Assembly (NCBI RefSeq): GCF_020745735.1
Contig: NW_026867487.1
Coordinates: 3,286,001-3,344,476 of the forward strand
Direction: 5' to 3'
DNA from: Hemiscyllium ocellatum
Taxonomy: Eukaryota
DNA length: 58,476 nucleotides
Positions 1 through 11,573 of the stretch are shown piece by piece. Every line of letters begins with the position of its first letter. Position 1 is the stretch's first letter. The position numbers and the translations under genes are program-made. The notes beneath the pieces are model-generated. The model was not told the DNA's origin. It saw only the letters and a list, made by a program, of their open reading frames with translations, and made no database searches.

Positions 1-2060
1 GGGGTTTGGCTATCCACAAAACCAAAGATCTCTCTTACTCACGAGGAGGGTCTGATAACTGAATACACATTTACCTACAGCAGGAAGACCTCACAGTGTG
101 GTCTTTCCCCAATGCACTTTGGTGGCAACTGCCCCAATCTTTAGTACATCCCTGAGCACGTTGTCATGGACGTTGGAATTTGCCAGTTTGCGACACTCAA
201 TCGAGATCAACTCCTCGTTCTGGAAGACCAACAAAGTTCTGGCGGACTGAAGAGCGTCATTCACTACGTTGATGTTCCGTCCAGGCACAGCTGATGTCTA
301 TCTCGGTGTGTACCGAATGAAAAAAAAAGTTGAGCACAGAATCCCGCATGACAGAGCAGCTTGGGAAGAACCTTGACAGAAAGCGATGCATCTTCCTGCA
401 GACATCACTTGCAAAGGCACGTTCCAGAAGGAGATGTAGGACAGTCACAAACTCCCGTAGCAACTTCAAGGAACCATGCGGTGGCTGGCGTTTGCTGGCC
501 AGGTATGCCTGAAGGATACCAAAGGTAGTGCCTTTCTCTGCATCAGCCAAGCAATGTATTAGTGCTTGTTGGAAAGTTGTGGCGATGAGGCAGTTTGCCA
601 AGTAACTTTGACAGTCTGCTCAGGGAAATGCACATGATCCATTATCTCCTTTTCTCTCGAGAATACTCCATGCTGACCAATTCTGATGGAGTTGCGATGA
701 AACGTGTTTTCGTTGGTAAATGTCTGTACACAGGACAGGGGAAAATGAGTGGACCAACTACTTGGCGTGTTCCACGGTTTCATCCTTCGTATTACAGGGG
801 GCAATGGAACCTCAGTGTATAGTGACATTTGGTGTTTGAGTGCTGAGGGTCTGTGCTAAGCTTGGTGCCGCCACACACAAAGGTAGCCAGCAGGATGACA
901 GGAACATTAGTTACGTTCTTAGGCCTCTTATTTGGAGATTTGTATATGAATTCCCCACAGACTCGTCTATCTTAGGCTTCTCAATGAAACAGAAGGTGTC
1001 ACTGGTGAGCGGAAGATCACAGTTTTGGGTGATTGGTCAGTCTTGTGCAGCGTAGAATAGCAGGGAGAGTGCCTCACAACTGGTGGTCAGTTTTTACCCA
1101 CAGTGGGGAGGAAGCAGTGATACCAAAAGATCAGTGTCTGCTTTACTTTGCTTTACTCCTCCCAAGATTTCATCCACGGCCCAGCCCCGATGAACCATAT
1201 TCCCAATTTGTCCAGGTAATCGCTCCTGAAGATGAAAGCAATGAAGGATTGGTCTGCGAAGTTCCCAAAGAACACGGCTTCGTTCCTGCCTAGATTTACC
1301 TTGCCTCTTGAGGTAAGTTTGACATGCTCACAGCTGCTCGCGAGTTTGTGTATTAACAGCGGATCTAAGCAGAAAAGAGTGACGTCATTCATGTACAAGG
1401 TGGCTTTGGCATGCAGTCATCTGCTGCCTGGTGTAGTCGCCCCCACCTCAGGCTGGAATCCTTTCTGATGGACTGCGCAAAGGGTTCTACATAATGCACA
1501 AACAAGGCAAGGCAGAGTGGGAATCCCTGCCTGACTGCGGATCTGATCAGGAATCTTAAGATTCCCTCCCATTAATTGAGCTTGCACCAACGATGTAGGT
1601 TTGGAACTTTCTGATTCAACTACATAGTCCCTCCCAAATTTAGAGAGCATGTCCCACGTGTAGGTGCGTATTATCCCGTCAATGGTATTCTGCTCCAGCC
1701 TGATGCAGCAGGCCTTCACCCACTTGTCCGCTACGTATGCAACCGCATACCCGAGGAGCACGAGGCTGTCAGTGATGGTTTGCGTAGAACAGTTTGGACG
1801 GCATGAATCATTGAACCCAATGCAGATCTGACAAGTTTGGCCATGATTTTAGGCAGGATTTGGTAGTCTGCATTCAGCAATAATATTGGTTTCCAATTTC
1901 TCATTTTCTCCCTCTCCCCCTTCCGTTTGTAGATGAGAATGGTGATAAGTTTCCTGTGGATTCGCCAATGGTACCTGCCAGGTACCTGTCGTACATCTCC
2001 ATCAGGACCCACAGAGCTGAATGCAACTCGGCCGTTATGCTGTCGCTTCAACGAGTTTAA
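1..2060 (-). mobile_element. 5'-truncated Tx1/L1-clade non-LTR retrotransposon, degenerate ORF2
   Basis: Minus-strand ORF fragments include RT-entry motif KGEREKMRNWKPILLLNADYQILPKIMA (1731-2051), C-terminal TVLHLLLERAFASDVCRK (257-601) and the terminal ...VLRDVLKIGAVATKVHWGKTT. Broken by stops and frameshifts. Confidence 0.8.
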
Positions 2061-2502
2061 TTGTTTTCTAAGGACGCAAGGGCCTTGGTCAGCTTATCCA
2101 GAGTTAACAACAGGTCTAGTCTCTCCCAGTGTTCCTGTCTGAGACCTCGTGATAAAGGACAGAAACAACTGGGAGGATAAAAAACAAAAAAAAGGATTCA
2201 CTACAGTAAAGTGTACAGTGAATCTGGGGGTTGTTTGTCATGAATGCAAGTCAATCTACTGGAATTCTGTGTATTCCTTATTTAGTGCACTGACTGCAGC
2301 CCAGATCCGGATGTATATTTCACACAGAATCTGCTCTTCTCCACCCACACAATAGCATACACCCCCTCCACACCACTCCTCCCCACACACAGACCATTGA
2401 GGTGAGAATTTCCACAGACACGTGTTCTGTTCATTGTGGGTAGCATATTAGATTGAATGTCTTCAAATAACCGACCGCACTCGGACGCAGAAGACAGCGA
2501 CA

Positions 2503-2954
2503 ATGTGGCTACTCATCATCTGCGTTATGTGGGGCGCAATGCTAGCAGGTAAATGTGGAGTAACTCGAATATATATTTCTTTTTAAAAATCGGTTTTCAA
2601 CGAGCCTAGCCTGACACTTTTCAATTGATTTCTGTTTTCCGTTTCAGATCCAAGCAATGGAAATTCTGTCACTCAGTCACTGTCCTCAGCTGTTCAGACA
2701 GAAGGAGAGGCAGTGACTCTACGCTGTACCTATGATACTACATGGAGCAACTATTGGTTGTACTGGTACCGCCAGCGCCTGGACAGACAGCCCGAGTATA
2801 TTCTGCGGAAAAGTAATAGCGGCTCTGAGGATAAAGCAGGTTTTGCGAAAAAGCGCTTCTCAGGAGAACTTCAGATCTCGAATAAGTTCACCAGTTTGAC
2901 TATTACTGGGCTAGAACTGACTGACTCGGCCGTGTATTACTGCGCTCTGCGTGA
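2503..2954 (+). CDS. TRAV/DV: TCR alpha/delta V segment, apparently functional (leader exon 2503-2548, intron 2549-2647, V exon 2648-2954)
   Basis: Leader MWLLIICVMWGAMLA with phase-1 GT donor and tttcAG acceptor. V exon DPSNGNSVTQSLSSAVQTEGEAVTLRCTYDTTWSNYWLYWYRQ...DSAVYYCALRD has both Cys and the conserved Trp, followed by a canonical RSS. Confidence 0.93.
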
Positions 2955-2993
2955 CACAGTGATGATAAACAGTCTCTCCACTGTACAAAAACT
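2955..2993 (+). promoter_or_regulatory. 23-RSS
   Basis: CACAGTG, 23-nt spacer, ACAAAAACT. Confidence 0.97.
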
Positions 2994-3647
2994 GCCTTTG
3001 GACCACAGATAGTTCCGTATATTGAGGTTTTCACAGAGTGTTGGAAGTTACTACGTGCTTTCAGGAGCCTGAACAGACTCCGAGAGGAAACCAAACTAAC
3101 CTTGAAACAAACTGTCACTGAATTGTTTCTTGTGCTGCTTGAGAAAGTAAACTGTGCACTCCGAACTTGTGCACCTCCACAGAACAGAGCAATGTTTAAT
3201 CTCATCCGTTCTAATGCCCACCATCAACCAATTTGCTGTCCTATGATTTTTAGCTCATGATTTGGGAGACAACGGTCCTTCTCGAAGTTTTGTATCCTCA
3301 ACGCCCACACAAGGCAGTGAGGCAAAAAGCATGCAGTTTACTGAGTCAACCTAAACCGGTAAGAACTGTGGATCCTGGAAATCAGAACAAGAAAAGTATT
3401 TTTTTTGGAACATTGCAGGTCTGACAACATCTCTGGAGAGAAATAGGAGTTACGTTTCAGGAACAGTGACTGTTTCAGGAAAGCTTCCAAGTATTTCAAT
3501 TTTTGTTCCTGAGCAGTGTTCTGGGGGAGTCGTTTGGAATTGCAAGCCTTGCTAATTTGATTATATTGAGGAACTCTGGCATCAACCTTTTCACCATCGA
3601 TGTGATCACACACAGTTCTTTCTGTTTGGAACAGAACATAACACCCA

Positions 3648-3692
3648 TCTCTCTCTCTCTGTCTCTCTTGCTCTCTCTCTCTCTCTCCCTCT
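3648..3692. repeat. (CT)n microsatellite
   Basis: Direct reading. Confidence 0.9.
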
Positions 3693-4694
3693 GCATGTGT
3701 GCACACTCGTGTTGAGACTGTTGTCACGTGTAAAATTGATGTCTGCTTGTGCTCATCCTCTGACTGTTTCCTTGGTGATTATCACGATGCTCAATTGTAT
3801 TAGCTTCAGTTCACCAGCAGAGGATGACATTTCACCACCGTAAACGTCATTGAAGTGAAACGCAAGGCGGCCTTGCCTCTTCCGAATTCAGTGAACATCG
3901 TGGTGCATACATCCCATTGGAAGTAGGATACGCTTCCCCACTCCGGCGAAACACACAGATAAGTACAGACACAGAGACAGACAGACACACAAAACATTGA
4001 AGGTACTGGAGCCGACGACGGCACCTGTAACAGTATTCAGATGCACAGTGAGTCCCTTTCTGTCAACCATCTGCTTTCAGTAAGAGAAAGATTTCAACAG
4101 AGGCGAAGAAGGAAGAAGGAAGGCGAAACTGAGCTCAGTGAAGAATGCCAGGAGGAACTAACAGAGGGCACGAGTGATCACCTCGTGCCTGTCGACAGAG
4201 AGACAGCAATCGGGAGAATCTGTTAAAAGTGATATCAGAGATGCTGTTGGATAAGGTTGAGATGGAGTCCAGTGATGTGCAAGGTGTGATTGCAATTTGG
4301 GAGTAGACAGCTTCTGGGGCCACAAGCATTGCCTGTGTGGTGGAAATCTTAGAGGCCGTGTGGGCAATTTGAGGTAAAATCTGAACTGCTTAACAACAAG
4401 AAATGTGTTCATTTGAGGACTTTGAGCAGAAAAAGAGCAGAATCTTAAGAGGGCGATTGCTTATCATAAATGGAAGTCAATGTATCACAATTCTCAATGC
4501 TCCATTTTAACCGAGATCGGGATGGGCCAGTTCACTATGAAATTGATTTCTTTATTCCATACACACAACACCATCGTCCCCACAAGGCAATGACTTAAGA
4601 CGCTTCCACATCTACGTCAGCAGTTCACTGAGGGCGGGATATTGATAAGGTTGCTCAACTATCCAACTGACGTTGCATGCAGAGGGCCACGACA

Positions 4695-5180
4695 ATGTGG
4701 CTACTCAGGGTCTGGATTGTGTGGTGAGCAATTCTAACAGGTACACATGAGGACATACATTTTACATTTCTGCATCAAATCATACATTAAACTGATCCCA
4801 GCCTGACACTTTACAATTGATGTCCATTTGCCCTATCAGACCAGGGTGATGGAGATTCTGTCACACAGTCACTCCCCTCAGACAGTCGAAGAGGCACTTA
4901 CTCTAAACTGTATGCAGGATAACACTTTGAGCTACGAGAAACTATTCTGGTACTGACAGCACCCAGACACACAGTCCGAGTTTATTCTGTGGAAAGCTAC
5001 CGATGGTGATAATGATCAAACTAATTTTGTACAAAATCGTTTCTCTGTCGTAATTCAGACCTCGAAGAAATTCACCAGTTTGACTATCAGCAGGCTACAG
5101 CTGTCTGACGCTGCCGTGTATTACTGTGCTTTCTGGGTCTACACAGTGTTGGGAAATTGTCTCCCCTCTGTACAAAAATG
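4695..5180 (+). pseudogene. TRAV/DV: TCR alpha/delta V pseudogene with 23-RSS
   Basis: Leader 4695-4740 has an in-frame TGA (4725-4727). V exon from 4840 has an FR1 frameshift and WY-stop (TGA 4954-4956), and ends DAAVYYCAFW. RSS is CACAGTG (5142-5148), 23 nt, ACAAAAATG (5172-5180). Confidence 0.92.
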
Positions 5181-5534
5181 TCCTTAAAAAATAGATGTCC
5201 TCTCTTCCTATTGGCATTCGGGCTATTGCAATATGCTGTTCGGAACTCAAACTCATGTTGAGAGGAATCCAAATTGAACTCGGAACAAACTGTCATGCAA
5301 TTATTTCCCGGAGCTTCAGAGAAAATCAAATGCAGATCCCGAGCATCCCACAGACACAGAACAGATTCATGATTGAATGCTTTCGTTCAAACCCTCGCTC
5401 TTTGGAGGAAAGTGGGTCGGGTGCTGTCACTAGTGGAAACCGAAATACAAAGCGGCTCTGCTCTTGATTGTGCATAGGAGGCCAGAGCAGGAAACATAGC
5501 TGAAATGCAAAGATCCGTGACCTCTGACACACCG

Positions 5535-5632
5535 CATGATTAGATTGGGTTGGGTTATCTGGTCGGCATGGACAGGTTGGACTGAAAGGTCTGTTTCCAT
5601 GCTGTACATCACTATGACTCTATGACTCTATG
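5535..5632 (+). mobile_element. CR1-type LINE/SINE 3' tail fragment
   Basis: ggcatggacaggttggactgaaaggtctgtttccatgctgt followed by a (ctatgact)n tail. Confidence 0.55.
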
Positions 5633-6115
5633 TAATTTGTAGACAGGTGAGCTGGGAAACAGCTCTCTTTTCCAAAGCACCTTATACTCACCAGTGTGTA
5701 TGTTCATCTCCAACTGTGTGTATCTGTGTGAGAACGTGAGCCAGAATATATGCAGTTTCGATGTAACAGTGAAATTATCAGTACCACATTGTACTTTTAA
5801 TAACAAATTCCCTCGCCTGACATTTCTTCCATATCACTGCCAACCGTCAAGCAATGATTGATCTCCTCTCTTGGTATCTCTGTTGAGCCTTAGTACTGTC
5901 TTTATCACTATCTGTAGTTGTCTCTCTGTCTAGGTAAACTGAGTTTCTCCTTCAGTCCCTCCTTCTTTTGGATTAGTGGTGTGTAAGAGGTCACTTGCCT
6001 TTGCATTTCAGTTAGTGTGTGGCTGGAAGAATGACAGCTATGTTTTCTGCTCTGGCCTGCTATGCACAATCAAGAGGAGAGCTGCTTTGTATTTCGGTTT
6101 GCACTAGGACATAGT

Positions 6116-6425
6116 GGGCGGCACGGTGGTACAGTGGTTAGCACTGCTGCCTCACAGCGCTAGAGACCTGCGTTCAAATCCCGACTCAGGCGACTGACTG
6201 TGTGGAGTTTGCACGTTCTCCCTGTGTCTGCGGTTTCCTCCGGGTGCTCCGGTTTCCTCCCACAGTCCAAAGATGTGCAGGTTAGGTGTATTGCCAATGC
6301 TAAATTGCCCGTAGTGTTAGGTAAAGGGGTAAATGTAGGGATATGGGTGGGTTGAGCTTCGGTGGGTCTGTGTGGACTTGTTGGGACGAAGGGCCTGTTT
6401 CCACACTGTAAGTAATCTAATCTAA
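6116..6425 (+). mobile_element. tRNA-derived SINE (HE1/V-SINE type)
   Basis: gggcggcacggtggtacagtggttagcactgctgcctcacagc head, central gtgtggagtttgcacgttctcc domain, (aatct)n tail. Confidence 0.8.
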
Positions 6426-7364
6426 GTAAAAAATTAACATTGATTATCCTCATTATCCTGAATATAATCAACCCAGATCTTGAGATTCGTAGGGGCTACA
6501 AATGAGCAGTGATATTGTCACGTTGTGTCGAACAGATCCCCTTTCCAGCCTCACTTGTTCTAGTTCTCGGCATGACATCTCGGAACAAGTTGTGAAGGAA
6601 ATGGATACATTCTAGCTTCTCTTTGATTACGATTCATGTCATATTTGGTATGGATCAGACCAGATCCCCTCAAAGTATTTTAAGAAGTTAGCCCAGACCC
6701 TATCTTTTTTACTCATGTTAAAGACAGATGCAACGTGTTGTGTTTCAAATGCAATTCAATTGTTCCAACTACTCGACATTAAGCAAAAGACAATTTGTTG
6801 AAACACTACAGTTAAACAAAATAAAAAAAGAAGAATTTAGAATAACTTACCTCCACTGGATAAATCACCTGAATTATAGATGAAGTGACAATTGTTCATA
6901 CAGTTTTAAAATAATAACATACCGTGAACACATCCTTTCAAGACAAAGCAAGTTCAGAGGAAAAGTCTCACAGGCAATTCTCCAGTCTAGGAGGGCAAAA
7001 CAAGCAAGCGAAAATTGAAAGAGAGAGTAGCAGCCACGAGGCATTTCTGCAGCTTTCAACTCTGTTGACCCCCAGCGACTTCTGATGCTGCTGAAAAGCT
7101 AAAACCCAATAATCCTGATCCTTTGGACCTTGTCACTACCATTCATGTTGATAAGCTCCGCCTCCCAGGACTTTCTCAGCTGTTTACTCAAATAATCTTC
7201 GCTAGGCTTCTCTACACCTCTTATTCAATCTATCTCTGCAAAGAAACCAGGCGAAAACAACATCTTAAAACCACAGCATCGTCTGACGTTCAACATTGCA
7301 CGTGGGGTGCTCCAAAAATTTGCTTGTTGTGTTTGAGATTGGGCACTGTCAGCATAGCTCCTGT

Positions 7365-7925
7365 CTGTACTGGCTGCTGATTGGGTTGTATAGTAGGGAT
7401 GGTCACAGCGCAGGGGTACTCTGCAGCACTCTCTTTCCCAATGTCTCTGATGGTCAAAGTGCTGTATTTCATTTCAGGTTAGAATGACCTCCCTGCTCTG
7501 AACGCGCTCTCAAAGTACGTCCTGCCTGTGACACCACTGGAACCATTGCATAAATCTGAGCAAGGCAGTAGTACTGCAGTTACTGGGAGGCTTTCAGTAA
7601 ATAGATTCCCAACAGTGTGGATACCGGCCCTTCAGACCAACAAGTCCATACCAACCCTCCGAAGAGTAACCCACCTAAACACACTTCCCTCTGACTAATG
7701 CACCTAACACTAGGAGCAATTTAGCATAAAAAAATGATAGCATAAAACCACTGAGCCACCGTGCTGCCAATATGATGAATTGAGAGTATGTAACCCGCTC
7801 TTTGGCCAGGAGCTCTGCAACATGGATCAAACCCCATGGGGAAATGATGGCTGGAGATATATGTGCAAGCATCCAACTCCCTGCAACCACATTGTATTTT
7901 CCAATCGGGAAACTGGTAATTCATC
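7365..7925 (-). pseudogene. Decayed V relic (second family), interrupted by an insertion that includes a SINE fragment
   Basis: Minus-strand KYSTLTIRDIGKESAAEYPCAV at about 7400-7470. The 5' part at about 7790-7925 is homologous to 13810-13930 and 44710-44830. The RSS spacer is recognisable but the nonamer is lost. Confidence 0.55.
7617..7770 (-). mobile_element. Partial HE1/V-SINE
   Basis: Reverse complement of the SINE tail and head (accactgagccaccgtgctgcc) with the middle missing. Confidence 0.6.
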
Positions 7926-8829
7926 CCAATAGACAAACGCTGAAACATATTGACATGCCGTTTCTTCTCAAAGTATTTCTTAAATCAGAATATACTCCTC
8001 TCACCCCCGTGGTTGTTACATTTTCCAGTAAAAAAATGACATTTTCATCGTTCATTTTAGCCAACCAACTTGTTAGAATGTCAAATTCTCAGCAAGTACG
8101 ATGAGAAAATGTCTCAACTTGATTCCCAAATAACACTATTTAGCTTTGCATCATTTTTTCCCTTGGACCATCTTGTCAACGCTGGCTGGCATAACGTTTC
8201 GTGTCCAACGTGAATGCCCCTGTAGGAATTAGTGATGGACTGTCTTTTCAAATGGCTGTATCATTTCGTGGGGAAATGGACACAGGAAACAGCTAGGGCG
8301 GCGAAGGTAGAATATTGATCCAGACACTGAAGGACGGGTGGTACACTTCCAATGATGGTTTCTTTAGAGAGATTTTGAGGAGATATTGCAGGATGCTCCT
8401 GCTGCCCTTGTCCTAACATGAGGAAATAGTCGCTGGTTTAGTTGGTGCTGCTGATTTATTTTTACTTAAAACTTTTCACTCAAAAATAAAGAGTATCTTT
8501 CAAAACTCAATCGCAATAACATTATCTCAAAATCCAAATTTGAATAGGCCCCGCGAAGTCCAGGGATGTAATTTGAAACACCTGGGGTGATTACATTCAA
8601 CTTGAGTATAATCCATGTGAATCACAACTCCAGATTTCAGTCCTATTGATGCGAGTCCAAAACCGAAAGAAACACCAGTTCTCCTATTGATAGTATGGAA
8701 GAGGACAGAGCAGGAAATTATGTTGTGATACTTCCAACTACACGCATTAATGAGTAGGCGACGAACTGGTGCACCGTAGGTTTCCACCTATGCATTTAGC
8801 TGCAAGTACTAAACCGTACGTATCAATAT

Positions 8830-9770
8830 GTCTGCCTGGAAGGTTTGTTGTGCATTCTGTTTGAGTTCTTTACGAGTGTGTTCGATGTGCTGTGCTGTAT
8901 ATTGTTCTGTCTGTCTGAATGTTTGATGGGGAAGATGTTCAAAATATCAGAAACGTTCATCTGGACAGTTGTCTCAAGAATATAATGTTCGCACAGAGGC
9001 AGCTGGCTGTTGCTTTGTGGCATAAGTTGACTGAATTCATGATAATGAATGAATTGATCAAAACGATCTTTCCGTGTTTCACGCCCTTCAGTTCAACGCA
9101 ATGCAATGTTGACCCTTCCAGGCCCATGTCCATGAATGAACAAATCGAGTTTCAAACTATGCAGAGTTATGATCAGAATTGGGGCAGCAGCACACAGCAC
9201 TATTCTAACTGACAGCATCATCAACTCACAGCCTCTAGTACCCCTCATTCACACGTCCAGCCGACATTCATAAATTCACTGGCGATATTCTAATGATTCC
9301 TTTTTTCACTTTATCATCCTTTGTTTGCCCGCCTGGCATTCTGAACACTCCTTTTCAAATCTCTCATGCTAGTTTCCCAGAGGAACATTTCGCGGTTTAT
9401 AAAGTGGTTCTGTTTATTCAGAGTGAATTTTTGGATTAGAGATAATTTTTGCACAATGGATAGATCTCAAAACGTAGTGTGGTGGATTCTTGAAACAGAC
9501 TCAAACTTAGATTCTCCTCAATGGCGTGTTATATTGCGATTGTTTCCAAATGCTGGAACTCCAGCTTACTTTCTTGATTTATACATGACAATTAGCAGTC
9601 CAGACCTTCATCTCAACTCGTGCACTCTGAAGTGTGGAATTTTAAAACCAACTAACTTAACAGAAAAAATACTTTGTATTGTTACAGGGCTGGAGGTCTG
9701 AAGAGAAACGGAGGTGTGCGAGCAGCCTTTGTACTTATCAACATCAGAAACCTCGTTAGTGCATAAGTGA
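8830..9770. repeat. Locus-dispersed unclassified repeat cassette; other copies at about 16780-17620, 37255-38090, 50700-51520, 54230-54630, and inverted at 22900-23200
   Basis: Shared blocks such as ttcgacgtgctctgctgtgtgttgttctgtctgtc, cagctgacattcataaattcact and tgtgcacaatggacagatctc. Confidence 0.65.
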
Positions 9771-10534
9771 GCGGCATACAAGCGGGATGGTGGCATCCTA
9801 CTCTGATTCCTGAGGAACAACTTCAAGTGCCAAATGCTTGAGAGGTGTGGGATGAAAACGTAATAGATCAGAAGTGACAAAGTTGCTTCATCCTGATGGA
9901 AGATGTAGGATCAGATAGAGTAATCTGAGAGAATGTAGTCAAACATTCAAGCTCGAGATGAGGAAGCATTTGTTCTTTTAGAGGGAAAATAATCTATGGA
10001 ATGATTTACTACAGAGTCTGTGAGCTAAATATTTTCAAGTCTGAGATACACATTGAAAGACGAGAATAGCCTGGGCACGCGTTCTTGGGAGATTTCAAGA
10101 GTTAGATGTTTGATCAGAAATAGAAGAAATCCTTGGAGACTTGATTTGAAGGTTCTGTAATCAATGCACTGAACACGTCTGTTTCCTCTATAGAGACTAT
10201 CTCTGTGATCCGCACAGTGACCTCTCTTAAATCTAAACTCGCTGTTATCCTCACACATGTCCTGTCCCTCTGTATGTGTGCACGTGCGATTGTTTGCGCG
10301 TGTTGACGGTGGGATCAGATTGAATGCTGCTGCCTGCTGGTGCGGCCCTCTGAGTGATTCCCTGGCGATTTTCGCTGTGTGGTTGTATAAACCTCGTTAA
10401 GCCAAATTAAAGTGCAACACAGAATGGCTACGAGCCTTTCAAAGCACCGATAAAAATCTCCCATCACCCATAGAGACAAGCGAGCACCCTCAGACAGACA
10501 GGCGGACAGACATATCAGACCGAGTGACGGACGG

Positions 10535-10592
10535 ACCGACAGACAGACAGACAGACCGACAGACAGACAGACAGACACACACACACACACAC
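10535..10592. repeat. (GACA)n/(CA)n microsatellite
   Basis: Direct reading. Confidence 0.9.
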
Positions 10593-11263
10593 AAACACAA
10601 CGGAGCCGAACTGAAAATTTCACTGCAAAATTGTTGAGACATATATTGGGTACTGTGCTGTGAGATATCCGTGTTCAATTAGTTAGAAACCACCCACTGA
10701 ACGAGGAAGAATGGTGAGATTGAGCTCAGTGAAGCATGCTAAGAAGGAGTAACAGAAGCACATATTGGCAATGTTGAGGCTCAGGACAGAGAGCAGAGAA
10801 CAACAACTGAGGAGCAGGATAAATGCAGATTTCGCAAAAGTCATAATGGAAAGAATGATGAAGAAGGCTGAGATTGGTTCAACTAATGTAGAGGGTGGGA
10901 TTTGCAGAATTATATTTGAGTTAATAATTTGTAGCTCCACAAGATTTATGCGGATGTTGGACATCCTCAGCATAGCATCAGGTAATGATGTCCCTCACCC
11001 GCTCCTGCAAACTGAATAAGAAGTAAAAATGGTGAGACTTTGGCATTCAATCAGTGAAACAAGAAGAGTATTGAGTGTAACTGATACAGTGATGCATTAT
11101 GGATGGAAGTCAATCTTTCAAATCTCTTGGTGTTTCAGTGACTGTACACAGCTTGGGAAGTGTCATTTCACGGAGAGACATATAAGCATTTTACCATGGG
11201 CGGGGTTTATAGAATAGCTGTCTTCAAATCTCCGAGCACCGTATTACGCAGAGGACAGCGACA

Positions 11264-11573
11264 ATGCGGCCACTCAGTATTTTGGTGTTCTGTGGGCAGC
11301 AATGTTGACAGATAACAGTGAAGGAAATGTGTTGTGCATTTCTTCATCAAGTCATGGTGTAAACTGACCCCAGCCTGACAGTTTACCATTGATTTCCGTT
11401 CTATCCTTCTGATCTGTGGCATGGAGATTCTGTCACTCAGCCACTCCCCTCGGTTTTTCGGACAGAAGGAGACGAGGTGACTCTAAGCTGTACCTATGAA
11501 ACTACAGGGAGCTACTATACAATTTATTGGTACCAGCAAAACCGAGATATCTCACACCACTGTACAAGAAACT
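11264..11573 (+). pseudogene. TRAV/DV: TCR alpha/delta V pseudogene with an internal deletion
   Basis: Frameshifted leader (48 nt) with an AT instead of GT donor, and a TG instead of AG acceptor. V exon DSVTQPLPSVFRTEGDEVTLSCTYETTGSYYTIYWYQQNRD is fused directly to the distal RSS spacer and a nonamer-like ACAAGAAACT. Confidence 0.88.

Noticed and set aside
92-98. CACAGTG heptamer near the window start
   Set aside because: It lies inside the Tx1 remnant, has no nonamer at 12 or 23 nt, and is absent in the duplicate.
4044-4050. CACAGTG heptamer
   Set aside because: No nonamer at either spacing and no adjacent V, D or J coding sequence.
8919-9212. Related ORFs at 8919-9212 and 16835-17257 as a possible novel gene family
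   Set aside because: Frames are not conserved among the other copies, and there is no recognisable domain or splice structure.
10213-10240. CACAGTG recurring in paralogous cassettes (also about 18174 and 41975) as a possible D-segment RSS
   Set aside because: The best nonamer at 12 nt (TCTAAACTC) is poor, it is not shared by the paralogs, and there is no opposing RSS. Paralogy explains the recurrence.
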